Origin: Acidobacteriota bacterium
GTDB taxonomy: Bacteria; Acidobacteriota; Vicinamibacteria; Vicinamibacterales; SCN-69-37
Direction of reading: 5' to 3'
Assembly: GCA_013203475.1 (NCBI GenBank)
Contig: JABMNV010000137.1
Coordinates: forward strand, 1-63,353
DNA: 63,353 nucleotides
Numbering within the stretch: the stretch's first letter is position 1; every line of letters starts with the position of its first letter. Below the pieces are notes generated by a model that saw only the letters and a program-made list of their open reading frames with translations, did no database searches and was not told the origin of the DNA. Made by a program: the position numbers and the translations under genes. Below, in pieces: positions 46,124 through 55,903 of this stretch.

Positions 46124-47560
46124 TCATACTGCGCCGAACAAAGGCGAGCCCAGCGGACCCTCCGCGCAACGTTCCTCACGAAACGGATCAACGGTCCACG
46201 CGCGAGTCTCGGCCAGCGCGGCCGCCACGGCGTCGGGGCCCGTGGACTGGGGCGTCAGTCTGGCGCGCACGGCCGCTTCGGGCGTAATCGCCGCGAAGAC
46301 GCCGTCTTCGAAGACCTCGTGGTAACCCCGCCAGTCGTCGAGTGTCAACGCCGAGAAATCGCGGCCTGATTCGTAGAGATCGCGAGCGATGCGACCCGAT
46401 ACTTCGTGCGCCGTGCGGAATGGCATCCCACGTCCGACCAGATAGTCGGCAACTTCGGTCGCCAGCAAGAGACCCGACGCGGCCTGCCGCATGACGCCGA
46501 CGCGCGGTGTCAGCGTGCGCACGACCGCGGCAACTGTCATCAGGCATCCGTCCAGATCGTCCTCGGCGCCGAACGCCAACGCCTTGTCCTCCTGCAGATC
46601 CTTGTTGTACCCCAGCGGCAACCCCTTCATCGTCGCCAACCAGCCGGAGAGCACACCGATCGCCGTGCCAGCCTTGCCGCGTACCAGCTCCATCGGATCC
46701 GGATTCTTCTTCTGCGGCATCAGGCTCGACCCCGTCGCCACCTCGTCTGCCAATTCAAAGAATCCGAATTCCTCGCTGGTGAACAAAATCACGTCCTCTG
46801 CCATCCGGCTCAGACGTGTCATGCACAGCGCGCATGCGTACATGAACGAGGCGACGAAGTCGCGGTCACCAGAGGTATCGATGCTGTTCAAGGTGACGCG
46901 CGAGAAGCCAAGTGTCTCGGCCAGGAACGCCGTGTCGATCGCATAGCTCGTCCCGGCGATCGCGCCAGAACCAAGCGGCATCAGGTCGGCTTCATGCCTG
47001 GCGGTTTCAAGACGATCCCAATCGCGCCTGAGGGCCGCCGCATACGAGAGCCACACGTGCGCGACCAGGACGGGCTGCGCGCGCCGCAGGTGTGTGTACG
47101 ACGGCATGGTGGCATCACCCGCGCGTTCTGCCTGTGACACCAGCGCCTCAACGACCGACACCACCGCCCGCTGCAACACGGGGATGCGACGACGCAGGTA
47201 GAGGCGGAAGTCGACTGATACCTGTTCGTTTCTCGACCGCCCCGTATGCAGACGCTTGCCGGCGTCACCAATCCGCTCGACGAGTTCGCGTTCGACGAAC
47301 GCGTGTACATCTTCATCATCGGCCCGGTCGAGCATGGACGGATCGGCGTGCACGGCCTCTTGCACCGCATCGAGACCTGCCACAATCGAGTCCGTGTCGG
47401 TCTGCGACAACACATGCGATTTGCCCAGAGCCTGCGCCCACGCCCGACTCCCAGCGATGTCATCGTCGATGAGTCGCTTGTCGACCGGCAGCGATTTGCC
47501 GAAGTCAAAGACGTCGGCGTTAGGCGCGCTGTCGAAACGCCCGCTCCATAAGTTGGCCAC
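46124..47560 (-). CDS. argH: Argininosuccinate lyase
   Basis: LWSGRF, LHTGRSRNEQV, YTHL, GSSLMPQKKNPD, YNKDLQEDK; GTG overlaps the argG stop. Confidence 0.95.
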   Translation of the reverse strand: MANLWSGRFDSAPNADVFDFGKSLPVDKRLIDDDIAGSRAWAQALGKSHVLSQTDTDSIVAGLDAVQEAVHADPSMLDRADDEDVHAFVERELVERIGDAGKRLHTGRSRNEQVSVDFRLYLRRRIPVLQRAVVSVVEALVSQAERAGDATMPSYTHLRRAQPVLVAHVWLSYAAALRRDWDRLETARHEADLMPLGSGAIAGTSYAIDTAFLAETLGFSRVTLNSIDTSGDRDFVASFMYACALCMTRLSRMAEDVILFTSEEFGFFELADEVATGSSLMPQKKNPDPMELVRGKAGTAIGVLSGWLATMKGLPLGYNKDLQEDKALAFGAEDDLDGCLMTVAAVVRTLTPRVGVMRQAASGLLLATEVADYLVGRGMPFRTAHEVSGRIARDLYESGRDFSALTLDDWRGYHEVFEDGVFAAITPEAAVRARLTPQSTGPDAVAAALAETRAWTVDPFREERCAEGPLGSPLFGAV

Positions 47561-48516
47561 TAGACGGGCACCTCCTCTACGCGACACTCGTCGATACGGC
47601 ATTCACCCATCGAACAGGTCAACGTCACTCTGCCGTGAACCGCGGGCCAGGTCTCCGGCGCGGCAGTGGCAAGGGCTTTCATTGCCTGATGCAGCACGAC
47701 CGGCCCCGGCGCTTCTTCAACAATGCGAGGGCGAACGCGGTCGATCGCCGGAAAGTCCAGACGGCCGACGCCGTGCGCGCCTGCGACCGTCTCAAGACTC
47801 GCGAGCAGTTCCACCAGCGGCATCGCAACCCCGTTGAGTGAGGTCGGCACACCCTCATCAAACTCCACCACCAGCGTTGCGGGAGTTTTCGGCCAGTCGG
47901 CCACGGTGCAGGTCAACAGAAAGGCCTCCGGTGGCAACTCCGTCCACGGCCCGGAGAGCAGGTCGCCGGACAAGGCCCGGCCCCATAACGAGCGGACGCT
48001 TGTGAGCGCCGCACCCGAGGGCGGCACTGGAATCCCGCGCGCCTGTGCGAACTCCACCTTGGCCCTCAGGGACAAATCCCAGTCGCGGCAGGGTGCGAGC
48101 ACGTGCAGGTCTTCATTGGCATCCAGAATTGCCGCGTCCATGCCGCTGTCGGACAGGACCGGCTGAAGACTCCCATGCGCCACCGTGGCGGTACCCTCGA
48201 TGTCAGCGACACGCGCGAGTTGCCGACCAATGAGAGGGCGTGACAACGCCGCCACGCGCGGCTGATCACACCCGTGCTTGAGCGCTGGCGTCACAGCGGT
48301 TCGGGCCAGTTCGTCACGCACATCAATCACGTGGGCTCGTACAGCTCCAATGGCCAGGGCCTGATCGCGCACATCGCTGAGATCGGTCGCTTGCCCGAGG
48401 TCCAGGGTGAGCGTCACCACATCAGCTTGATACTGGTCAGCCAGCCACGCCAAGGCCACCGATGTCTCAAGTCCACCGGCGTACGCCAACACAATCACGT
48501 CTTTCTTCGAACTCAC
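47560..48516 (-). CDS. argG: Degenerate, shortened argininosuccinate synthase homolog
   Basis: LAYAGGLETS, ALSRPLI, AHG, LWGR, GVPTSLNG, HGVGRLD, EAPG. 318 aa; catalytic motifs altered. Confidence 0.8.
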   Translation of the reverse strand: MSSKKDVIVLAYAGGLETSVALAWLADQYQADVVTLTLDLGQATDLSDVRDQALAIGAVRAHVIDVRDELARTAVTPALKHGCDQPRVAALSRPLIGRQLARVADIEGTATVAHGSLQPVLSDSGMDAAILDANEDLHVLAPCRDWDLSLRAKVEFAQARGIPVPPSGAALTSVRSLWGRALSGDLLSGPWTELPPEAFLLTCTVADWPKTPATLVVEFDEGVPTSLNGVAMPLVELLASLETVAGAHGVGRLDFPAIDRVRPRIVEEAPGPVVLHQAMKALATAAPETWPAVHGRVTLTCSMGECRIDECRVEEVPV

Positions 48517-48962
48517 CCTTTTATGACCTCACTCCACCGTTCGTCCAGTGCCCGCGCCGCGTCATCCCCACGACCGATGATCAGGATGGTGTCGTCCCCG
48601 GCAATGGTCCCGGCGACTTCCGCCAGTTGTGCCCGGTCCAACAGTACCGCTACACCCTGAGCCTGGCCAGGATCGGTCCGCACCACCAGCAGCGCGCCTA
48701 CCCGTTCCAGCTTGCGAACCTGACTGGCAACGGCTTTCCTGAGTTGTTCATCGACGGCCGGAGAGCTTCGCGCCACGCCCGGCCGGACATAGGCCCCGTC
48801 TCCGGCGCGTTTGACGAGCCCCAGGTCCTTGAGATCACGCGAAATAGTGGCCTGTGACGCCTCAATGCCTCTGACGACCAGACGCTGACGGAGCTGTTCC
48901 TGAGACGTGACGGCCTCCTGATCGACCACTTCGAGAATCTGAGATTGACGCCATGACTTCAT
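48513..48962 (-). CDS. argR: Arginine repressor
   Basis: SQATISRDL, GTIAGDDTI. Confidence 0.95.
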   Translation of the reverse strand: MKSWRQSQILEVVDQEAVTSQEQLRQRLVVRGIEASQATISRDLKDLGLVKRAGDGAYVRPGVARSSPAVDEQLRKAVASQVRKLERVGALLVVRTDPGQAQGVAVLLDRAQLAEVAGTIAGDDTILIIGRGDDAARALDERWSEVIKG

Positions 48963-49091
48963 AAGTATTCAGTCCGAACGTGATTATACATCCATCCTAT
49001 GCACTCAATGTACATATTTTAAGCACTTTTGGGTTGATCGGCCTTTCCAACATTCCGTATAATTACTTCTTCCGATGAATAAATATTCATC
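48956..49091. promoter_or_regulatory. Divergent arg promoters with ARG boxes
   Basis: TGAAT-AAAT-ATTCA (49076-49089) and minus-strand TGAAT-ACTT-ATGAA (48971-48958). TTGATC-18-TATAAT (49034-49063) toward argC; TATAAT on the minus strand (48988-48983). AT-rich. Confidence 0.8.
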
Positions 49092-50082
49092 TCCAGTACG
49101 TGTCGCGATCGCGGGAGCTACCGGGTATGCGGGCCAGGAACTGCTGAGTCTGCTCGTCCGGCACCCGGAGGTCCATTTGGTGGCCGCGATGTCGTCGAGT
49201 CCTGACTCGGCGACCCGCTCCATGCCTCGGCTGGCCCGAACGTGGGAAGGCAAGATTGAGCCGCTCAGTCGCGCAAAGCTGGCCACGGACGCGTCGTTCG
49301 TATTTCTCGCGGTGCCCGAAGCTGCAGCAGCAGACTTGGCGCCTGCGCTGTTGGACGCGGGCGTCAAGGTGATCGACGTCTCGGGTGCATTTCGCGTGCG
49401 AGACGCGGCCCTTCGGGCCAAGTGGTATCCGGCAACGACGATCCTGCCTGAGCATGTGGCGTATGGACTGGTGGAGCACAACCGGGACGCCATCACGAAT
49501 GCGTCATTGGTCGCCTGCCCAGGTTGTTACCCAACCGCAGCACTGCTTGCGCTGCTGCCGTTGGTGCAGGGCGGCCTGGTGGATGTCTCGCGCGGCGTCA
49601 TCATCGACGCCAAGTCTGGCATCTCCGGCGCGGGTCGGACGGCCAGCGATCGGACGCACTTCTCCGAGAACCACGGTTCAATGTCCGCGTACGGCGTGCT
49701 TGGTCATCGCCACGTGGCGGAAATGGAGCAGGAATTAGGAACGGAAGTGACGTTTGTGCCGCATCTGGTACCGCTCGACCGCGGCATTCTTGAGACGATT
49801 TATGTCAGGACGACACCGGGCACCACGGCTGCCGCCATTGGCGAGTGCCTCGGGCGCGCCTACCAGCACGCACCGTTCGTTCGGCTCACTGGAGACGCGC
49901 TGCCGGAGATCAAGCACGTGGCGTGGACCAACTTCTGCGACATCGGCTGGAAGTTCGACGCCGACAGCCAGAGGTTGGTGCTCATCTCGTGCCTGGACAA
50001 TCTGGTGAAAGGCGCGGCGGGTCAGGCCGTTCAGAATCTCAACGTCATCTGCGGCTTTGATGAGCGGGCGGGACTCCGATGA
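49075..50082 (+). CDS. argC: N-acetyl-gamma-glutamyl-phosphate reductase
   Basis: GATGYAG, PGCYPT, SGISGAG, HRH, DNLVKGAAGQAVQN. Confidence 0.96.
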   Translation: MNKYSSPVRVAIAGATGYAGQELLSLLVRHPEVHLVAAMSSSPDSATRSMPRLARTWEGKIEPLSRAKLATDASFVFLAVPEAAAADLAPALLDAGVKVIDVSGAFRVRDAALRAKWYPATTILPEHVAYGLVEHNRDAITNASLVACPGCYPTAALLALLPLVQGGLVDVSRGVIIDAKSGISGAGRTASDRTHFSENHGSMSAYGVLGHRHVAEMEQELGTEVTFVPHLVPLDRGILETIYVRTTPGTTAAAIGECLGRAYQHAPFVRLTGDALPEIKHVAWTNFCDIGWKFDADSQRLVLISCLDNLVKGAAGQAVQNLNVICGFDERAGLR

Positions 50083-50879
50083 CGGGTCCACTGGTCATCA
50101 AGCTCGGTGGCGAGTTGATAGAAACGCCGGCGTCACGATCGGCGTTTGCCGCCATGGTCCTGTCACTGCAACAGTCACGGCCGCTGGTGGTGGTGCATGG
50201 CGGTGGTCGCGCGATTGACGCCGAACTCGCACGGCGCGGCATCACACCGAAGAAACGGGACGGCATTCGAATCACTGACGCCGCCACTCTTGAGGCCGTC
50301 GTCGCCGTGCTCGCAGGGACGGCCAACACCGACCTGGTCGCGGCACTCGTGAACCTCGGCATTCGCGCGGTCGGGTTGACAGGGGTCGATGCCGGCATGG
50401 GTCAGGCCACCATCGAACACCCAGACCTGGGCCTGGTGGGAGACCCGGCTGAAGTCGATCCGTCGCTGGTCGAATTGTTGATGACTCAGGGGTACGTTCC
50501 GGTCGTGGCCAGCCTTGGTATTGAGCGGGGTGCTGCCGGCGCCGGTATTCTGAATATCAACGCCGACGTCATGGCGTGCCGACTGGCCGCAGCGCTTGGG
50601 GCCGAACTCATCATCGCCGGCACGACGGCAGGCGTCCTCGACAATTCGGGCACGCTGCTGCCCACCCTGACACTGACGGACATCGCCGCCCTGATCAACG
50701 ACGGCACGGCGACGACGGGCATGGTCGCGAAACTGCGGGCGTGCCAGGTCGCGCTTGAAGAGGGCGTGCCTGATGTTCGACTGGTCGACGGGCGCGCGTT
50801 CGGGGCCGGCATCGATCCGGCACAACTGCCGGGCAGCACACTCACACGGGAAGCTGCCCGGGAAATCGTCAAGGTATAG
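50079..50879 (+). CDS. argB: Acetylglutamate kinase
   Basis: VIKLGG, VHGGG, GIRITD, NINAD, GMVAKL. Confidence 0.93.
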   Translation: MTGPLVIKLGGELIETPASRSAFAAMVLSLQQSRPLVVVHGGGRAIDAELARRGITPKKRDGIRITDAATLEAVVAVLAGTANTDLVAALVNLGIRAVGLTGVDAGMGQATIEHPDLGLVGDPAEVDPSLVELLMTQGYVPVVASLGIERGAAGAGILNINADVMACRLAAALGAELIIAGTTAGVLDNSGTLLPTLTLTDIAALINDGTATTGMVAKLRACQVALEEGVPDVRLVDGRAFGAGIDPAQLPGSTLTREAAREIVKV

Positions 50880-50885
50880 ACAGCC

Positions 50886-52103
50886 ATGAGCACAACCGCA
50901 ACCAAGACCTCGGTTCAGGACCAGGAAGCCAAACACATCCTGCAGGTGTACAAGCGCATGCCCGTCGTGTTCGAACGGGGTGAGGGCTCCCGGCTGTATA
51001 CAGGTGAAGGCGACAGCTACCTCGATTTCATCTCAGGTGTAGGCGTGGCGTCGCTGGGCCACGGGCACAAGGCGCTGGCGGACGCGCTCTCGGCACAGGC
51101 CCACACGCTGCTGCACACATCCAATCTCTTCTTTCATCCGTTGCAGGCGGAGGTGGCGACGCGCCTGGCCGCCCGCACAGGCCTTGACCGCGCGTTTTTC
51201 TGCAACAGCGGAGCGGAAGCCGTAGAGACATGCCTGAAGTTCGCGCGCCGGTACTGGCATACCCAAGGCGCGACCGGTCGCACGAAATACGTCGCCTTCA
51301 AACAGTCGTTCCACGGGCGTTCGATGGGGGCACTCTCGGTCACCTGGGACGACCACTACCGAGCGCCGTTTGCCCCCCTGGTGCCCAACGTGGTGTTCGC
51401 CGATCCGGCCGACGTCGCCGGGCTTGACGCGCTCGTCGATGACACCACCGCTGCGATCATCGTCGAACCCCTTCAGGGTGAAGGAGGCGTCCGCCCGATC
51501 CCCCAGGCAATGGCGGATGCCATTGAGGCCGCGTGCACACGCACCGGCGCGCTGCTGATTACTGACGAAGTGCAGAGTGGATCTGGGCGAACAGGCCGGT
51601 TCCTCTACGGCCAGACGCTTGGTCTGACGCCTGACCTCGTTGCCCTCGGCAAGGCACTGGGCGCCGGTGTTCCCGTAGGCGTGGCGATGTTCACCGACGC
51701 AGTAGCGGCGGCCGCCTCACCAGGGGATCACGGCAGCACCTATGGAGGCAACCTCCTCGCGTGCCGCGCGGCGCTGGTCTTTCTTGAGGCGTTGGCCTCC
51801 CCTGCCCTGGCCGCGTCGATGGCCGCCGCATCTGACCAGCTGTTTTCTGGCCTCGCGGCAATGAAGCGCCGCCGGCCGGTCATCCGTGATGTGCGCGGCG
51901 CCGGCCTGATGGTCGGCATCGAACTTTCGTTCGAAGCCGGCCCAGTGGTGACGGCCGCGTTCGAACGCAACCTTCTGATCAACCGCACGAGTTCGACTGT
52001 GGTGCGTTTGTTGCCGCCGTACACGATCACGACGGCCGATGTGGATGCCGCATTGCAGCTGCTCGAAGACGCCATCGTGGCGGCGGAAGGAGCCCGGCAG
52101 TGA
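50886..52103 (+). CDS. argD: Acetylornithine aminotransferase
   Basis: NSGAEA, FHGRS, EPLQGEGG, DEVQSG, GKALG, HGSTYGGN. Confidence 0.93.
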   Translation: MSTTATKTSVQDQEAKHILQVYKRMPVVFERGEGSRLYTGEGDSYLDFISGVGVASLGHGHKALADALSAQAHTLLHTSNLFFHPLQAEVATRLAARTGLDRAFFCNSGAEAVETCLKFARRYWHTQGATGRTKYVAFKQSFHGRSMGALSVTWDDHYRAPFAPLVPNVVFADPADVAGLDALVDDTTAAIIVEPLQGEGGVRPIPQAMADAIEAACTRTGALLITDEVQSGSGRTGRFLYGQTLGLTPDLVALGKALGAGVPVGVAMFTDAVAAAASPGDHGSTYGGNLLACRAALVFLEALASPALAASMAAASDQLFSGLAAMKRRRPVIRDVRGAGLMVGIELSFEAGPVVTAAFERNLLINRTSSTVVRLLPPYTITTADVDAALQLLEDAIVAAEGARQ

Positions 52104-52615
52104 CCGATTTGACCATTCGGGCGGCGACCACCGAGGACGCAGAAGCGATTCACGCCCTCGTCACGAGCCATCTTGACGAAGGGCATCTGCTGCCACGGGA
52201 GCTGTCGGAACTGCGTGTGCACGCCAGTCGTTTTGTGGTGTGCGACGTCGCAGGACGCATCGCTGCGTGTGCCGAGTTGGCCCCCCTCTCGACCACGGTG
52301 GCCGAGGTACGTTCGCTTGTGGTGTCCAGAGACTTCCGCGGCGTTGGCCTGGCACAACGACTGGCGGGCGAGCTCCGCACACGTGCGCGGACGGTGGGGT
52401 TCAACACCCTGACCGCCTTTGCGCACGATGCCAGGTTTTTCGTTCGTCAGGGTTTTTCGATTGTTCCTCATGTCTGGCTACCCGAGAAGATCATGACGGA
52501 CTGCGTTGGGTGCCCCCTGTTCCGACAGTGCGAACAGTACGCGGTGGTCCTCCCACTTCAGGCGCGCCAGATGTATCGACCGGCACAACCACGCATCGCA
52601 GCACAGGTCGCCTGA
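52100..52615 (+). CDS. argA: Short GNAT N-acetylglutamate synthase-like protein
   Basis: LLPR, AEVRSLVV..FRGVGLA, LPEKIMTDCVGCP..C; inside the arg operon. Confidence 0.75.
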   Translation: MTDLTIRAATTEDAEAIHALVTSHLDEGHLLPRELSELRVHASRFVVCDVAGRIAACAELAPLSTTVAEVRSLVVSRDFRGVGLAQRLAGELRTRARTVGFNTLTAFAHDARFFVRQGFSIVPHVWLPEKIMTDCVGCPLFRQCEQYAVVLPLQARQMYRPAQPRIAAQVA

Positions 52616-52616
52616 C

Positions 52617-53840
52617 ATGCACGCCACATTAATCAACGGCGGCGTCACGACGCCAGAGGGCTTCACGGCAGCCGGCGTCTACTGCGGCATCAAGGCACCA
52701 AACCCAATCACGCACCCATTGGACTTGTGCTTGATCAAGTCCACGTCGGGTCCTGTGCCCGCAGCCGCTGTCTTTACGACCAACCTGGCCGTGGCGGCGC
52801 CCGTGGTGATTTCACGGGATCATCTCACGCGCACGAGGGGCCTGTGCGCCGGTGCCGTGGTCAACAGCGGGTGCGCCAACGCCTGCACCGGGGAAGCCGG
52901 CACGGCGGTCGCCCACGCCATGGCCGCCGCCGCCGCCGCCGCACTTGGATGCTCCGACGACTTGGTCTTTATTGCATCCACGGGCACCATTGGCATGCCA
53001 CTCAATCTCGACAAGATCAAGGCTGGCGTGCTCGCCGCCTCGGCCGCACTCTCAGTCGAAGGCGGCTATGAAGCCACGCGCGCCATCATGACCACGGACC
53101 CGTTTCCCAAGTCCTGCGCGGCCGTGTGTGACACTCCAAAGGGCCGCGTCACGGTGGGCGGCATGACCAAGGGCTCGGGCATGATTGAACCGCGAATGGC
53201 GACGATGCTGGGGTTTCTGACGACGGATGCCAAAGTGTCGCCTCAGGTCTTGCAGGCCGCGTTACGTCGCGTGTGTGATGAGACGTTCAACGCCATTACC
53301 GTGGACGGTGAATGCTCCACTAATGATTGCGTCCTGCTCATGGCGTCTGGTGCATCCGGCATCGAAATTACAGACCCTGCGGACCCCGCACTCATCGAAC
53401 CTCTGCGCGAAGTCGCCGGTCATCTGGCGCGCGAGATCGTGCGCGGCGGCGAAGGCGCGACCAAGTTAGTCACCGTCCGCGTCACTGGTGCCGCATCCCT
53501 GGCGGATGCCCGGCTGGCGGCTCGCACGATCTGCAACTCGCCACTGGTCAAGACCGCCATCCATGGCGGCGATCCCAACTGGGGCCGCCTCATCGCCGCC
53601 GCCGGACGATCCGGCGCACACTTCGTGCTTGATCGGGCGTCGGTGCAGATTGGGGACGTCGACCTGTTCGTGACCGGCGTCCCCTACGACGAGCGCACCG
53701 AAGCGGCGGCCTCTGTCTTGCTCCAGCCACAGATGGTGATCACCGTGGACCTGGGCACGGGTGGCTCGGGCGAGGCCACGATGTGGACCTGCGACTTCAG
53801 TGAGGAATACGTAAAAATCAATGCGGAGTACCGGACGTGA
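52617..53840 (+). CDS. argJ: Ornithine acetyltransferase
   Basis: NSGCANACTG, IMTTD, KGSGMIEPRMATML, STND, GEGATK, DPNWGR, INAEYRT. Confidence 0.96.
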   Translation: MHATLINGGVTTPEGFTAAGVYCGIKAPNPITHPLDLCLIKSTSGPVPAAAVFTTNLAVAAPVVISRDHLTRTRGLCAGAVVNSGCANACTGEAGTAVAHAMAAAAAAALGCSDDLVFIASTGTIGMPLNLDKIKAGVLAASAALSVEGGYEATRAIMTTDPFPKSCAAVCDTPKGRVTVGGMTKGSGMIEPRMATMLGFLTTDAKVSPQVLQAALRRVCDETFNAITVDGECSTNDCVLLMASGASGIEITDPADPALIEPLREVAGHLAREIVRGGEGATKLVTVRVTGAASLADARLAARTICNSPLVKTAIHGGDPNWGRLIAAAGRSGAHFVLDRASVQIGDVDLFVTGVPYDERTEAAASVLLQPQMVITVDLGTGGSGEATMWTCDFSEEYVKINAEYRT

Positions 53841-53852
53841 GGGGAAGAGACA

Positions 53853-54800
53853 ATGACCGTTGAACTGCCGTCGCTGGCGTCGAAAGACTTCCTGTCCATC
53901 CTGAACCTGAGTCCAGACGCACTTGCGCAGGCGCTGGACTTGGCGGCGGTATTCAAGTCGGAACGCCTCAAAGGGCGCCCGCACGCGCACGTCCTGGAAG
54001 GCCAGCACATCGCACTCCTGTTCGAGAAGCCCTCCCTTCGCACCCACTCGGCGTTCACGATTGCCGTGCGCGAGCTGGGCGGAGACGTGATCGAACCCAC
54101 CAGCGACGTGGCGTTCGGGGGACGGGAGTCGGCCGGCGACGTGGCTCGCAACCTCGAGCGCTGGGTTCCGATCGCGGTCGTCCGGACCTTCGCGCAAACT
54201 CGCTTGGATCTCTTCGCCGCGTCGTCGTCCCGCATGCGCGTCATCAATGCCCTCACCGATGAGGAACATCCGTGCCAGGCGCTCGCTGACATGCTGGCGC
54301 TCATCGAACGCTGGGGTGCGCTCAAGGGCCGAACGATTGCATTCGTGGGCGACGGCAACAACGTGGCGGCGTCGCTGGCACAGGCCTCGGTGATGCTCGG
54401 CATGCACATCCGGCTCGCGACGCCGGTGGGCTTCGAACTCAACGCCGGGCTCGCCGCCTCTGTCAGAAAGGCCGCCCAGTGTGGCGCGACCTTCACCGAG
54501 GGGCACGACCCCGTGGCCGCCGTACAGGGAGTGGACGCGATCTACACCGACGCGTGGGCGTCCATGGGCCAGGAAGATGACGCGGAACGTCGCGCTGGAA
54601 TTTTCCAGCCGTATCAGGTGAACGCCGGCTTGATGTCGCATGCAGCACCTGGTGCCCTGTTCATGCACTGCCTGCCGGCGCACCGCGGTCATGAAGTCAC
54701 CGACGAGGTCATTGATTCGCCAGCATCGATTGTCTTTGACCAGAGCGAGAATCGGTTGCACACTCAGAAGGCGCTGCTCGCGATGATGTCATCGCGGTAG
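53853..54800 (+). CDS. argF: Ornithine carbamoyltransferase
   Basis: FEKPSLRT, HPCQ, GDGNNV, DAWASMG, HCLPAHRG, ENRLH. Confidence 0.92.
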   Translation: MTVELPSLASKDFLSILNLSPDALAQALDLAAVFKSERLKGRPHAHVLEGQHIALLFEKPSLRTHSAFTIAVRELGGDVIEPTSDVAFGGRESAGDVARNLERWVPIAVVRTFAQTRLDLFAASSSRMRVINALTDEEHPCQALADMLALIERWGALKGRTIAFVGDGNNVAASLAQASVMLGMHIRLATPVGFELNAGLAASVRKAAQCGATFTEGHDPVAAVQGVDAIYTDAWASMGQEDDAERRAGIFQPYQVNAGLMSHAAPGALFMHCLPAHRGHEVTDEVIDSPASIVFDQSENRLHTQKALLAMMSSR

Positions 54801-54809
54801 GCCTACCAT

Positions 54810-55358
54810 ATGCATCCTTGGCACGACAGCGACATCGACGACGCACAGGTTGATACCGCGTTCCCCGTCATTATCGAGATCCCGAAGGGCAGCTCGAACA
54901 AGTACGAGCTCGACAAGGAGACGGGATTGCTGCGTCTCGATCGTGTCCTGTACAGCGCCGTCCACTATCCCGCCGACTACGGCTTCATCCCACGCACGTA
55001 TTGCGACGACGACGATCCGCTCGACGCGCTGGTGCTGGGTCAGGGTCCGGTTCACCCGTTGACCATCGTCGAGGCGCGCGCCATTGGTGTGATGCGCATG
55101 CGCGACGAGAAAGGCATTGACGACAAGATCGTGGCGGTCAGCGTACGTGACCCCGCGTTTGCTGACTACACGGACAAGAGCCAGCTCCCCACGCATGTTC
55201 TTCGGCAAGTGCGTCAGTTCTTTGAGGACTACAAGGCGCTGGAAAACAAGGAAGTGATCGTGGAAGACATGCTCGGCCCCCAGGAAGCAGTTCAGATCAT
55301 TCGTAGCGCGCTTGAGCTCTATCGACGCCTCAGGCGTGGTGAGTTGGGCAAACGATAG
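54810..55358 (+). CDS. ppa: Inorganic pyrophosphatase (family I)
   Basis: [33 protein letters not shown]. Confidence 0.95.
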   Translation: MHPWHDSDIDDAQVDTAFPVIIEIPKGSSNKYELDKETGLLRLDRVLYSAVHYPADYGFIPRTYCDDDDPLDALVLGQGPVHPLTIVEARAIGVMRMRDEKGIDDKIVAVSVRDPAFADYTDKSQLPTHVLRQVRQFFEDYKALENKEVIVEDMLGPQEAVQIIRSALELYRRLRRGELGKR

Positions 55359-55816
55359 TGCGAGTGGCGTTGGGTTTGATCGCGGCAACTATCGCGGCTC
55401 CGGCAGCGGTGGCCATGGCGTTCGCCGGATTGCATTATCTGGAAATCGGGTGGTTCGGAGCACAGGACTGGTCCGTCGTCGAGGAGAACATTTGGCTCTA
55501 CGCCATGTTTTCAGCTCCGGTCGCATTCTTTATTGCCCTTTCTGCTGGAGCACCCTTCGCCCATCGTCTGGCTGAACAGGGGCACCGCGGCATTGTCGGG
55601 TATGCCCTGATCGGCCTCCTCCTGGGCGCCTCTCCATTTGTGGCGTTTGACGGCTACATCCTCGGTTCCAGATACCTCCTCGAGACGCGCCCGACCCCGG
55701 ACATGGAGGCAGTGGTGACGGCCGCTCGGTGGGCCGCCCTCGGCGCCTGGTGCGGGCTCTGGTCTGGGCTGGCGTATTGGGTCGCCGCCATTCGGCAGCC
55801 AGCACGTAGCACGTAG
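55358..55816 (+). CDS. Hypothetical membrane protein (4 TM)
   Basis: Four hydrophobic segments; GTG overlaps the ppa stop. Confidence 0.65.
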   Translation: MRVALGLIAATIAAPAAVAMAFAGLHYLEIGWFGAQDWSVVEENIWLYAMFSAPVAFFIALSAGAPFAHRLAEQGHRGIVGYALIGLLLGASPFVAFDGYILGSRYLLETRPTPDMEAVVTAARWAALGAWCGLWSGLAYWVAAIRQPARST

Positions 55817-55833
55817 CACCCAGCACCCAGCAC
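55801..55833. repeat. 7-bp tandem repeat (AGCACSY)x~5
   Basis: agcacgt agcacgt agcaccc agcaccc agcac. Confidence 0.8.
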
Positions 55834-55903
55834 CCTTTCATGGTTGAGGAGGGGCTGCGTACGTTACAGTTCCCCGGTTCTTTCCCTACAGTTGGAGGCT
55901 CCA

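Noticed and set aside
53853-54800. N-acetylornithine carbamoyltransferase because of SLRT
   Set aside because: The SMG loop, HPCQ and HCLPAHRG are OTC-type, and argJ supplies ornithine.
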